Below are positions 18,577 through 27,832 of a stretch of 64,000 bases of DNA, one piece after another (within the stretch, counting starts at the first letter, position 1; the number at the start of each line of letters is the position of its first letter). The stretch spans positions 1,697 to 65,696 of the forward strand of contig CAIXRH010000014.1 of the NCBI GenBank assembly GCA_903921785.1, in the 5' to 3' direction. The notes under the pieces were generated by a model, which worked only from the letters and a program-made list of their open reading frames with translations, did not search any database and had not been told where the DNA came from. The DNA comes from an uncultured Pseudomonadota bacterium. GTDB lineage: Bacteria > Myxococcota_A > UBA796 > SXON01. A program made the translations under genes and the position numbers.

Positions 18577-19266
18577 ATGTCGATCGTGTTTCTCGTTGTT
18601 TCCATGGCCCACGCCGAGAACTGGGACGGGGTGTACAGCGTCATCTCGAAGGAGGGCGCCTGGACGAATCAGGCCATCCTCCTCAGCCACGGCGCCACCG
18701 GCGGGGGCGGGATCCCCGGTGTCGCGCTCACCGAGGCGTACTGCACGCCCGACACCTTCCGGTGGCCCCAGGTGATCGCCGCGGGGAGCACGGCAAGCTG
18801 GATTGTCTTCCCCCTCAAGGACGCCGATCCGGGGACGAGCATCACCTGCACGGATCACGTGGACTCGTCCACCAAGCGGACCTTCACGATCACCCCGTGC
18901 AGCGGCGGCGGGTGCCCGGCGGTCAGCGGCGCAGGTCCATGGATCGCGCCGGCCTCCAGCACGCCGATCGTGAGCCTGAAGCCCGGCCTCTACCACGTGA
19001 CCTCCCACCGGGAGGACACCTCCGGCACCCGCACGAGCGCCACCGCGGACATGTTCGTCCGGCCCACCGCCAACGCAAACGAGCACCTGGAGACCTGGTG
19101 TGTCGGCAGCGGGTTCCTCTGGCCGCAGATGAGCCAGAGCACCGGCGGCGTCACCTACAAGCGCACGTGGTTGGAGTACACGGTTGACGCGACGAACGGC
19201 GCCCCCGCGACCGTCACCTGCCCGGGCGGCACCACCCGCGCCGACTTCAAGTACACGATCGACTGA
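18577..19266 (+). CDS. Secreted hypothetical protein with internally duplicated Cys-containing domain
   Basis: GGAGG RBS; signal ending AHA; YCTPDTFRWPQ..ITC and WCVGSGFLWPQ..VTC. Confidence 0.7.
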   Translation: MSIVFLVVSMAHAENWDGVYSVISKEGAWTNQAILLSHGATGGGGIPGVALTEAYCTPDTFRWPQVIAAGSTASWIVFPLKDADPGTSITCTDHVDSSTKRTFTITPCSGGGCPAVSGAGPWIAPASSTPIVSLKPGLYHVTSHREDTSGTRTSATADMFVRPTANANEHLETWCVGSGFLWPQMSQSTGGVTYKRTWLEYTVDATNGAPATVTCPGGTTRADFKYTID

Positions 19267-19272
19267 GCGCGA

Positions 19273-22200
19273 TCAGGCGGGTGGCGTTCGGCCACCCGCT
19301 GCGTCCCCCGAGGGCGCAGCGGCGAGGTACCGGAGGATCTCGCCGCGGTCGAGGACCTCGAGGCGCACCCCGCCGGGCACGGGCTCGAGGCTGGGGCGGT
19401 CCACGCTGGCCACCAGGGCAGGTTGGGTGATCGCGACCAACGCCAGGACCTGGAGGTGGATCCGCGGGTGCGAGGTCGTGGCCTCGCGGATGAGCTCGAC
19501 GGGGTCCACGGAGGGGCCGCCGCAGGCCACGACCAGCGCCCCGGCCAGCAGCGCGGCCCCCGGCCGGTTCACCGCCCGCGCGGCAGCCGCCGACTCCGTG
19601 GCCCGGAGGATGCAAAGGGCGGCGTCGCCCTTCCGCCACGCCACGGCGGCGGCGGACAGGCAGAGGTTGGCGTGCACCAGGTCCTCGCCCACCAGGGCCG
19701 AGGCCGCGACCGTCTCGTCGTCGATGGCCTGCGTGAGCCGACCCAGGCGGTACTCGGCGCAGACCTGGAGGACGAAGCCCCACCGTTCGAACATCGGCAG
19801 CCGGAGATGGCGCGCCGCGAGGGTGAGGCGCTCGGCGACCTCCTGGGCCTCCGCGGACCGGAAGCTGTCCAGGAGCGCCACGGCGAGGTTGGTGTTCGCG
19901 ACGATCCGGCGGAGCGGCGTCGGCGCGAGGGCGAGGGACTCGGCGTGCCAGTGCGCTGCGGCCGGGAAGTCTCCAGCGGCGTAGGCCGCGAGGCCGCGCC
20001 AGCTCGCGAAGCGGGATCGACCGGCGGCGCTCATCGCGGCGCCCCCGTCCAGCTCGTCGAGAAGGGCGGAGATGGGCCGGGTCTGGCCCAGGTTGGCGCA
20101 GCGCACGAGCACCGCCTGCCGCGTTCCCTCCAGGGTTTCGTGCTCGAACGGGCCCAGCGCCTCCGCGGCCGCGGCGGCCTCCGCCCAGCGGCCGCGCGTC
20201 GCATCCGCGACCGCCCGGGCGAGGCGCGCGAGGGAGAGGGCGAGCGGGTCGCCGCGCCGCTCGGCGTACCGCGCGGTGTCCTCCGCCGCCGCGAAGCTGA
20301 AGTCCGAGAGCGCCACCCCGACGTGGCCGACGAGCGCCTGGCTCTCGAGGTCCTCCCGGTTCGCGCCGCGCGCGGCGCGGATGGCGGCCGCGTACAGCCC
20401 CTTCGCGCGCCCGAGGCGGGCAATGTCGGCGAACGACTCCGCGGCCTCCAACGCGGCCGCCACCGCGGGCTCGACCTCGGCGCAGGCGAGCCAGTGGCGC
20501 ATCCGCGACTCGGGTTCGTCGGCCCGGGCCGCCGCCAACTGCCGGTGCATCCCGGCGATGCGCTCCTCGGGGAGGTCGTCGAGGTGCGCGGGGATCACGC
20601 TGGCCTCGACCCGGCCGTCCGCACGACGGTGCGCGTGCCCGAGGGCCTCGAGCTCCTGAAGCTCGAGCTCCAGCTCCCACACCGGAATCCCCATGGCGGC
20701 GCCGAGCGTCTCCATCCGCACCGGGCCGGCGAGCACCATCCAGGCGAGCACCTCGAGCAGCGGCGCCTCCAGCTTCAGAGGAACCGCGCCGCCGAGGCCG
20801 TGGATCGCGATGCCCGGCCAGGCCTCCAGCTCGTCGAGTTGGGTCCGGCTCAGCGTGAGGCGCGGGGGGGCGCCCGCCGTGTCCCACGCCGCCCGACCGA
20901 CCGCCAACCAGGTGCGGAGCTCGCGCTCGATCCGCACGGGAAGCCCCTGGGTGCGCAGGTAGAGGAGGCGGGCGCCGTCCTCGGCGAGGTGCAGGAAGGG
21001 ATCCGGCCCGACGAAGAGGACGCGCAGGGCGTCCGCCGAGAGCGGCTCAAGCACCTCGGCGCCCGGCCGCCGGGCCACGATCGCGAGACCGCCGGCGGCG
21101 AAGCAGCGGTCCACCACTCGCCGCGTCCAACTGTCGTGCGCGTCGAGGTCGTCCACCAGCACGCGGAGCCCTCCGCGCAGCAGGGCGTCGAGCCGCTCGG
21201 CGGCGGCCGCGAGCCCACCCATGCCCTCGGGGAGCGCGCCGATGACCGGGAAGAGCCCCGAGAACGGACGATCGCCCGGCGTGAGCGCGACCACCGTGTG
21301 GCCCGCCGCCTCCAGCCGGGCCCGGAGCTGCGCCAGCAGCCGCGTCTTGCCCGTGCCCGCGCCGCCCGTCACCGCGAAGCTCCCGCCCTCCACCAGGGCA
21401 TTGAACGCCCGCTCCACGCACGCCTCGCGCCCGATGAACGGGATGGGGATCGGCGGCGCCAACGGCGCCCCGAGGACCTCCGCCAGACGCTCCGCGACCG
21501 CGCGCGCCGACACGGGCCGCCGCTCGGGTTGCCGCTCCAACAGCGCCGCGACCACCTGGTTGAGCTCGTCCGGCACCCCCTCGATCGGCGCACGCGGAAG
21601 CTCAACATCCTCGCCGCGGAGGAGCGCGCGGAGGCCTTCCCCGGAGGGGCGACGCCAATGCCCGCCGAGCGCCTCGTACAGCATGACCCCCAGGGAGTAG
21701 AGATCGGCGCGTAGATCCGGCAGACAGCCCCGAAGCTGCTCCGGCGCGAGATAGCCGACGGTCCCGACGATGCCCCCGGCCTCCGTCACGGGCTCCGCGA
21801 GGGGCTCTCCGCGAGCGAGCCCGAAGTCGAGGAGCACCACCCGCCCGTCGGGCTCCACGATCACGTTGGCGGGCTTGAGGTCGCGGTGGACCACACCCAG
21901 CGTGTGCACGCGGTCGAGGGTCTCGCACAGCGCGAGGGTGCGCCGAACCACCAGGGGCCAGTCCCCCTGCTCCATCGCCCCTGGGAACGCCGCCCCCGTG
22001 AGCAGCTCCATCGCGAGGTAGGGTTCGCCGTCCACCTCCCCGACATCGAAGAGTCTCACCACCCCCGGGAGCTGGAGCATGCGGAGCGCCGCCACCTCGC
22101 GCCGCACCCGAGCGCGGTGCGAGGTGGAGTAGACGAAAACCCGCTTGAGCGCCACGGGCGCGTCGGTGTCCACGTCGTGAGCCCGCCACACGACCCCGCT

Positions 22201-22281
22201 GCCGCCGCTGCCGATGGTGTGAAGGAGCCGGTAGCGGGCGTCGAACAGCGTCCGGCGCGCTTCGGCCGTCAGGTCCGCCAT
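19273..22281 (-). CDS. Ser/Thr protein kinase with P-loop ATPase and TPR-like C-terminus
   Basis: GSGGSG, VALK, HRDLKPAN, DFG, APE; FIGRE and GGAGTGKT Walker A. Confidence 0.92.
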   Translation of the reverse strand: MADLTAEARRTLFDARYRLLHTIGSGGSGVVWRAHDVDTDAPVALKRVFVYSTSHRARVRREVAALRMLQLPGVVRLFDVGEVDGEPYLAMELLTGAAFPGAMEQGDWPLVVRRTLALCETLDRVHTLGVVHRDLKPANVIVEPDGRVVLLDFGLARGEPLAEPVTEAGGIVGTVGYLAPEQLRGCLPDLRADLYSLGVMLYEALGGHWRRPSGEGLRALLRGEDVELPRAPIEGVPDELNQVVAALLERQPERRPVSARAVAERLAEVLGAPLAPPIPIPFIGREACVERAFNALVEGGSFAVTGGAGTGKTRLLAQLRARLEAAGHTVVALTPGDRPFSGLFPVIGALPEGMGGLAAAAERLDALLRGGLRVLVDDLDAHDSWTRRVVDRCFAAGGLAIVARRPGAEVLEPLSADALRVLFVGPDPFLHLAEDGARLLYLRTQGLPVRIERELRTWLAVGRAAWDTAGAPPRLTLSRTQLDELEAWPGIAIHGLGGAVPLKLEAPLLEVLAWMVLAGPVRMETLGAAMGIPVWELELELQELEALGHAHRRADGRVEASVIPAHLDDLPEERIAGMHRQLAAARADEPESRMRHWLACAEVEPAVAAALEAAESFADIARLGRAKGLYAAAIRAARGANREDLESQALVGHVGVALSDFSFAAAEDTARYAERRGDPLALSLARLARAVADATRGRWAEAAAAAEALGPFEHETLEGTRQAVLVRCANLGQTRPISALLDELDGGAAMSAAGRSRFASWRGLAAYAAGDFPAAAHWHAESLALAPTPLRRIVANTNLAVALLDSFRSAEAQEVAERLTLAARHLRLPMFERWGFVLQVCAEYRLGRLTQAIDDETVAASALVGEDLVHANLCLSAAAVAWRKGDAALCILRATESAAAARAVNRPGAALLAGALVVACGGPSVDPVELIREATTSHPRIHLQVLALVAITQPALVASVDRPSLEPVPGGVRLEVLDRGEILRYLAAAPSGDAAGGRTPPA

Positions 22282-22290
22282 GCCGTCCGG

Positions 22291-22818
22291 TTAACGCCGC
22301 GACCGCCAGCGTGCGCATTCATCGCTGAGAACCTCCGTCCACACGGCGCCAGCTTCCCGATCACGCCCGCACTCGGTGAACGTGACGTAGCCCGGGTACG
22401 CGGAGGTGCGATCCCAGTCCTCGGCAGGGTCGGCCGGAGGCGGTAGCAGATGATCCGCGTTTTCACGAAGGGGGTGGAGCCAGCAGGCTCGAGGTTTGTA
22501 CGCCCAACGATCGAGCCCGTCGGCCTCGGCGAGCACCTGGAGCGCACATCGGGCATCCGGGAGACAGAACACACAACGCGTGCGCGGAAAGTGCGCAGGG
22601 AAATCGGGGGATCGATACGCGTGGGGGCGCGTCGCCGTCTTGTGCGCGCCGTCCGCGGACTCCAGGAATCGGTCTGGGAGACCCGGAAAATCGCCGCGAC
22701 GGCGGAAGACGAGCCGGCGTAGGGCGCGAGCCTCCTCCGGCTCAAGCCACGCACCGTCGTGGCAGCACATCCCCTCACACACCGCGAGGTCGCAGGCTTT
22801 GAGCTTCGCGGGCGTCAC
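22291..22818 (-). CDS. DUF3109/YkgJ-like Cys-cluster protein
   Basis: CxxxxCxGxCCxDG, RCVF, RCAL, KPRACWLHP; GTGA overlap with GNAT gene. Confidence 0.8.
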   Translation of the reverse strand: MTPAKLKACDLAVCEGMCCHDGAWLEPEEARALRRLVFRRRGDFPGLPDRFLESADGAHKTATRPHAYRSPDFPAHFPRTRCVFCLPDARCALQVLAEADGLDRWAYKPRACWLHPLRENADHLLPPPADPAEDWDRTSAYPGYVTFTECGRDREAGAVWTEVLSDECARWRSRR

Positions 22819-23327
22819 GGGCGCCGCCAATCTGTGAAACCCAGGGCCAGCTCCAAGGAGTCACGCCACTCGCCGCGGAGCTCGAGCGTACGCGGGACGT
22901 GGCGAAGCACCCGGAACCCGAGCCCGGTGAGCAGCCGCAGGCACCGCCGGTTCTCCGGGTCCACCTCGGCGTGGAGCTCGGTGAAGGCCCGAGGTCCGAA
23001 GCCGTGAGCCACGAGCGCCTGGAGCGCCTCGCGCGCGATGCCCTGCCCGTGCTGGTCACGACGGAGCAAGAACCCGAGCTCCGACGCCCGCCAGAAGCCG
23101 GCCTTGCCGACCACCACGCCATCACGCTCCACCACAAAGTCGTCTGGGCCGGACCCGTCGACGTAGCCGTGCATCATCCGGCGCACGAAGCTGGCCGTAT
23201 CTTCCACCGACGGATGAGGCTCCGTGGACCAGTAGCGCATGACCTCGGGGTCCGACATCGCCAGGAACAAGGACGGAGCATCGTCGACCGTCGCATGGCG
23301 GAGACGGAGGCGCTCGGTGAGGATCAC
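22815..23327 (-). CDS. GNAT acetyltransferase (RimJ/RimL type)
   Basis: TERLRLR, ELGF, HGQGIAREA, PENRRCLRLL..LGF. Confidence 0.9.
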   Translation of the reverse strand: MILTERLRLRHATVDDAPSLFLAMSDPEVMRYWSTEPHPSVEDTASFVRRMMHGYVDGSGPDDFVVERDGVVVGKAGFWRASELGFLLRRDQHGQGIAREALQALVAHGFGPRAFTELHAEVDPENRRCLRLLTGLGFRVLRHVPRTLELRGEWRDSLELALGFTDWRRP

Positions 23328-23899
23328 CGGCCTTCCGCCCGGGCAAGCGCCATCGACCCCGCGTCGCGGGCGAGGAGGCGCCAGCGGTCAAAGGGCCGTC
23401 CCCAGGCGGGCGAGCGCACCGCCCACGCGACCGCCTCCGGGAAGCCCACCCGCCGCGCCAGGAGCAGCGCCCGGGCCACGTGGAACGGCTCCGTGACCAG
23501 GATCACCCGCCGCGCGTCGGGGAGCAGTCCGCGGGCGAAGAGTAGGTTTCCATGGGTGTTCCGACTCTTCTCCTCCAGGAGGATCACCGAGTCGGGAACC
23601 CCCGCCGCCAAGAGGATCTCCCGAGCCACCACGGCCTCCCCCGGCGGACCCGCGTGGTGTGCGCCCGTCGTGACCACCCACGGCGCCCGACCCGCGTGAT
23701 AGAGTTCGGCCGCGCCCTCCGCCCGAGATCGAAGCGAACCGCTCGCGACGCCCCCGGGCAGGACCCTGGCGCCGAGGACGATGATCGCGTCCGCCGTCCC
23801 CTCCGCCGGTGCGAGCTTCGTCCCCGCCCACACCGCCGATACCGCGGCGGGCAGCTCCGTCACCGCGCGCAGGGGCAGGGCCGGGTCCCAGCGCCGCAT
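23324..23899 (-). CDS. YdcF/DUF218 (ElyC-like) protein
   Basis: DAIIVLGA, EEKSRNTHGN, LVTEPFHVARA. Confidence 0.88.
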   Translation of the reverse strand: MRRWDPALPLRAVTELPAAVSAVWAGTKLAPAEGTADAIIVLGARVLPGGVASGSLRSRAEGAAELYHAGRAPWVVTTGAHHAGPPGEAVVAREILLAAGVPDSVILLEEKSRNTHGNLLFARGLLPDARRVILVTEPFHVARALLLARRVGFPEAVAWAVRSPAWGRPFDRWRLLARDAGSMALARAEGR

Positions 23900-24501
23900 C
23901 AGGTCTTCGGACGCCGCAGATACCAGGCAGCGCCGCCGATACCGAGGAGCACGAGCACCGCGGGGATGAGCTTCTCCAACGCGCCTTCGCCGAGGAGCCC
24001 GTCGATCCGGGCGGTCAGCGATTCATCGGGGGGGACGGTCGCGTCCACCACCACGGAGGTGGGGCGCGGCTTCTCCATCAGCGCGATCTGCTCCTTGTCC
24101 CCCGGCTTCAGCCGCCCGTCGGTGTAGGTGGCGACCGGGGTGTACCAGGCGAACTGCTTGAACACCGCCGCGTGCTCGGGGACGGGGCTCGGCCGGCCAC
24201 GACGCGCCCGAACGCCGTCCGCGATGAGGCGCCGGTCGGCGGGCGAGAGCTTCTCCACGTAGACCGGGTTGAACGGGGTGTCCGCGCGCTGGAGCATCCA
24301 CATCGCCAGCGCCCGACTCAGCCGTGGGTCGCTCGGGTACTCGAGGAGCTCGGTGACGATGCTGGTCGCCGCCTCGTCCGTCTCGATGAGGCACTTGTAG
24401 GCCATCGGCGAACCGTGTTCGCGGACGTCCACCAGCGCGGTGGGGACGGAGCACGGCTCGTCGGCCAGGGCGAACGAAGCGCCGAGGAGGAGGGCGATCA
24501 T
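23899..24501 (-). CDS. Exported protein with degenerate YARHG-like domain and C-terminal TM anchor
   Basis: Signal peptide; [31 protein letters not shown]; C-terminal TM helix followed by RR. Confidence 0.65.
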   Translation of the reverse strand: MIALLLGASFALADEPCSVPTALVDVREHGSPMAYKCLIETDEAATSIVTELLEYPSDPRLSRALAMWMLQRADTPFNPVYVEKLSPADRRLIADGVRARRGRPSPVPEHAAVFKQFAWYTPVATYTDGRLKPGDKEQIALMEKPRPTSVVVDATVPPDESLTARIDGLLGEGALEKLIPAVLVLLGIGGAAWYLRRPKT

Positions 24502-25964
24502 GCTTTCGCCACCGCGGCCGCCCAGGCCGCCCGCCGGATGTCGCGGTCCGCGACCGAGAGCGTGGGCTCGAACACGCGGTCCCGCGCCCACGCCGCCGTG
24601 ACGGCGTCCGGGGACGCCCAGAAGCCGACGCCGAGGCCCGCGAGGTACGCCGCGCCCATGGCGGTGGTCTCCAGGTTGGTGGGGCGCACACAGCGCACAC
24701 CGAGGACATCTGCCTGGAACTGCATCATCAGGTCGTTACGGGCGGCGCCGCCGTCGACGCGGAGCTCGCCCAGGGCGCGACCGGCGTCGTGGGCCATCGC
24801 GTCGAGGAGGTCGGTGATCTGGAGGGCCACGCCCTCAAGGACGGCACGGGCGAGGTGCCCCCGGGTGACGCCGCGAGTGATCCCGACGATGACGCCCCGC
24901 GCGTCGGGACGCCAGTGCGGGGCGCCGAGCCCCGCGAGCGCCGGCACGAACATGACGCCCGCGCTGTCGGGAACACTCGCGGCGAGCGCCTCGACCTCCG
25001 CGCTGGTCTGGATGATCCCCAGCCCGTCCCGCAGCCACTGGACCGCCGCACCGGCGATGAACGCCGAGCCCTCGAGGGCGTAGGTGGTCTTGCCGCCCAG
25101 ACGCCAGCCGACGGTGGTCAGCATCCCCGTCGTGCTCGGCACGGGACGATCCCCCGTGTTCCAGAGGAGAAACGCGCCGGTGCCGTAGGTGCACTTCGCC
25201 ATGCCAGGCGTGAAGCACGCCTGACCGAAGAGCGCCGACTGCTGGTCGCCGGCGATGCCCGCCACCGGGATGCCATCCGGGAGGAAGCCGACCCCGCGCG
25301 TGACGCCGATGATCCCGGCGTTGTCCACCACCCGTGGGAGGCAGGCGGCCGGCACGCCGAACAGCGCGCAGAGCTCCTCGTCCCACGCGAGGCGGTGGAG
25401 GTCGAACAGGAGCGTACGGGAGGCGTTGCTCGGATCGGTGACGTGTTCACCGGTGAGCTTCCACACGACGAAGCTGTCGATCGTGCCGTAGCGGAGCCGC
25501 CCGCTCGCCGCGCCTTCGGCGACCCCGGCTCGGTTCTGCACCATCCACTCGGCCTTGGTTCCGGAGAAGTACGGATCCAAGACCAGGCCCGTACGCGCAC
25601 GCACCTCCGCTTCCTTGCCGGCCGCCTTCAGCGCCTCACACCGCGGCGCGGTGCGCCGGTCCTGCCAGACCAGCGCCCGGCCGGCCGGCTCGCCCGTCGT
25701 GCCGTCCCAGAACAGGCTCGTCTCCCGCTGGTTGGTGATGCCGATCGCCGCGATCCGCCCCGGGTCCACGCCCTGCAAGACCGCCGTGACGGCCTGGCGG
25801 ATGCTGCCCCAGATCTCGTCGGCGTCGTGCTCCACGAGGCCAGGCGCGGGGAAGTAGTTGGGGAACTCCACGTTCTTGGACGCGAGCACCCGGCTCTGAT
25901 GGTCCACGAGAACGGCGGTTGAGCCGGTCGTGCCCTGGTCGATGGCGAGGACGAGGTCGGACAT
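24498..25964 (-). CDS. glpK: Glycerol kinase
   Basis: [63 protein letters not shown]. Confidence 0.97.
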   Translation of the reverse strand: MSDLVLAIDQGTTGSTAVLVDHQSRVLASKNVEFPNYFPAPGLVEHDADEIWGSIRQAVTAVLQGVDPGRIAAIGITNQRETSLFWDGTTGEPAGRALVWQDRRTAPRCEALKAAGKEAEVRARTGLVLDPYFSGTKAEWMVQNRAGVAEGAASGRLRYGTIDSFVVWKLTGEHVTDPSNASRTLLFDLHRLAWDEELCALFGVPAACLPRVVDNAGIIGVTRGVGFLPDGIPVAGIAGDQQSALFGQACFTPGMAKCTYGTGAFLLWNTGDRPVPSTTGMLTTVGWRLGGKTTYALEGSAFIAGAAVQWLRDGLGIIQTSAEVEALAASVPDSAGVMFVPALAGLGAPHWRPDARGVIVGITRGVTRGHLARAVLEGVALQITDLLDAMAHDAGRALGELRVDGGAARNDLMMQFQADVLGVRCVRPTNLETTAMGAAYLAGLGVGFWASPDAVTAAWARDRVFEPTLSVADRDIRRAAWAAAVAKA

Positions 25965-26018
25965 GTGGGGCTGGACTATCAAGGAATCCCCGACCGAGCC
26001 GACCGGCCGTGCGGGCCG

Positions 26019-26435
26019 TCAGTCTCCCAGCGCCGCCGTCGCCTCCAGCGTCGGCTCGCTCCTCCCGCTCTGGTTGTCGCCCCGGGTCCAGACCTCCACG
26101 CGGTCGGTGACGGACGGGAGGGTCATGGTGAGGTCGTAGAGACAGTCGCAGCCGGCGACCGCGGCCGGGTTCATGTCGATTGGCTGCACCAGGACGCTCA
26201 ACCCGTCGTTCGCCTCGATCCAGAAGCCCTGCACGTCCTGGGCGCACCGGAACCCGACCGGGCCGACAGCAACGCTGGACTCCGAGTCGTTCTGGGCGAG
26301 CGTGGCGACGGGCTCCCCGACGCCGGTGTCGTAGGCGCTCTCGGAGCACTCCGCCTGGTGGAAGTCGGGGATGAGGTGCGCACCTTCGAAGTCGGGGGGG
26401 AGGTCGAAGCAGCCGAAGGCGAGGACGAGCAGCAT
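26019..26435 (-). CDS. Small Cys-rich lipoprotein
   Basis: MLLVLAFGC lipobox; GGAG RBS; FRCA and AGCDCLYDL. Confidence 0.7.
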   Translation of the reverse strand: MLLVLAFGCFDLPPDFEGAHLIPDFHQAECSESAYDTGVGEPVATLAQNDSESSVAVGPVGFRCAQDVQGFWIEANDGLSVLVQPIDMNPAAVAGCDCLYDLTMTLPSVTDRVEVWTRGDNQSGRSEPTLEATAALGD

Positions 26436-26588
26436 GGTGACTCCAGGTGCCGAGGAACATGCACACGCCGTGCCGGGGGAGGCCCCCCGCGCCAGGTTCG
26501 GCGCCCGGGCCGCATCGCCCGCCGGGCGGAGCGTCGACGGGCGGCCCAACCGCGACACCAGGATCGCGCCTGGACTCCAGCCGCCACC

Positions 26589-26678
26589 GGAGCGCCGACG
26601 CGGGCTCGAAGCGCAACCGCGCGCTCGTTGTCGGTGGGTCGGAGCGCCGAGGGTGGGGATGCGCACCCGCGCCGTCGC
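26589..26678 (-). repeat. Dispersed intergenic repeat, copy 2
   Basis: Inverted copy of the 15250-15343 element with the same 52-bp internal spacing of ggagcgccga. Confidence 0.75.
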
Positions 26679-26745
26679 CACCCGCCGCCCCCTCCCCCCC
26701 GGGATGAGCCTCACCGGCCTGCGAGGGGTCCGCCGCGATCGGAGC

Positions 26746-27804
26746 TCAGCCCTGGCTTCGCCGCACCCGGATGCGCGGGCCGTCGTCGAGCGGGCGGAGC
26801 TGGCCGATCGGCGCCGCGGCCAACGCCCCTCGCTCCTTCAGCCGGGCCACCACCGCGTCGACCTGCGCTTCCGGCACCGCGAGCACCATGCCGCCCGAGG
26901 TCTGGGGATCGGCGAGGATCAGCTTCGCGAGGGGATCGAGGTCGTCGTCCCACGCCGCCGAGGGCCCGTAGTAGGCGAGGTTTCGCCCGGTGGCCCCGGG
27001 GACCACCCCCGCCGCGATGCTCGCGTGCGCCCCGGCCATGAGCGGCACTCGGTCGAACCACAGGTCGAGCCCCAGGTTCGAGCCGGCGGCCACCTCATGG
27101 GTGTGCCCGAGCACGCCGAAGCCGGTGACGTCCGTGGCACACCGTAGCCCCGCCTCCACCGCGACCTCACTGGGGATCCGGTTGAGAAAGGTTGCCACCC
27201 GCACCAGCTCTGCGTAGTCCGCCTCGGAGATGGAGCCGCGCTTCACCGCGCTGGCGAGCGAGCCGCTGCCCACCGGCTTGGTGAGGATCAGCACGTCGCC
27301 CGCCGCCCCCCGGTCATTCCGCAGGATCCGATCGGGGTGCACGACGCCCGTGACCGAGAGCCCGAACTTCATCTCTTCGTCGTCGATGCTGTGGCCGCCA
27401 GCGATCGGGATCCCCGCCTCCGTACAGATCTCCGCCCCGCCCGCCAGCACCTCGCCCATCACCTCCGGCGCGATCTTCTTGAGCGGGAGCCCCACGATGG
27501 CGAGGGCCAGGATGGGTCGGCCGCCCATGGCGTACACGTCCGAGATGGAGTTCGCCGCCGCAATCCTTCCGTAGTCCCGCGGGTCGTCGACCACGGGCAT
27601 GAAAAAGTCCAGCGTCTGCACGACGGCAAGGTCGTCGCGCAGCCGGTAGACAGCCGCGTCGTCGCTGGAGGCGATCCCCACGAGGAGCTCGGGGGGCACC
27701 ATCCGCGGCAATTTGGCGAGCATACGTTCCAGGTCCGCCGGACCCAGCTTGCACCCTCACCCACCGCCGTGGCTGTACTGGGTGAGGCGGATGCGATCCG
27801 GCAT
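26746..27804 (-). CDS. selD: Selenophosphate synthetase, selenocysteine-containing (Sec16)
   Basis: MPDRIRLTQYSHGGG-UGA-GCKLGP, in frame with the ORF carrying DDAAVY, QTLDFF, AANSISDVYAMGG, GGHS, TDVTGFG, DPQTSGG. Confidence 0.95.
27729..27747 (-). promoter_or_regulatory. Candidate bacterial SECIS hairpin
   Basis: mRNA CUGGGUCC-GGC-GGACCUGG; loop starts about 17 nt after the UGA (27757-27759) and begins with G. Confidence 0.65.
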
Positions 27805-27832
27805 GGGTGACCCCGAGGAAAGAGACGAGAAC

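Noticed and set aside
19273-22281. Kinase-ATPase-TPR gene as an antiphage STAND system
   Set aside because: This architecture is abundant in myxobacteria, the ATPase looks degenerate and no defence genes are nearby.
27757-27759. selD as a pseudogene
   Set aside because: The stop is a UGA exactly at the catalytic Cys/Sec position with a downstream hairpin, so recoding is more likely.
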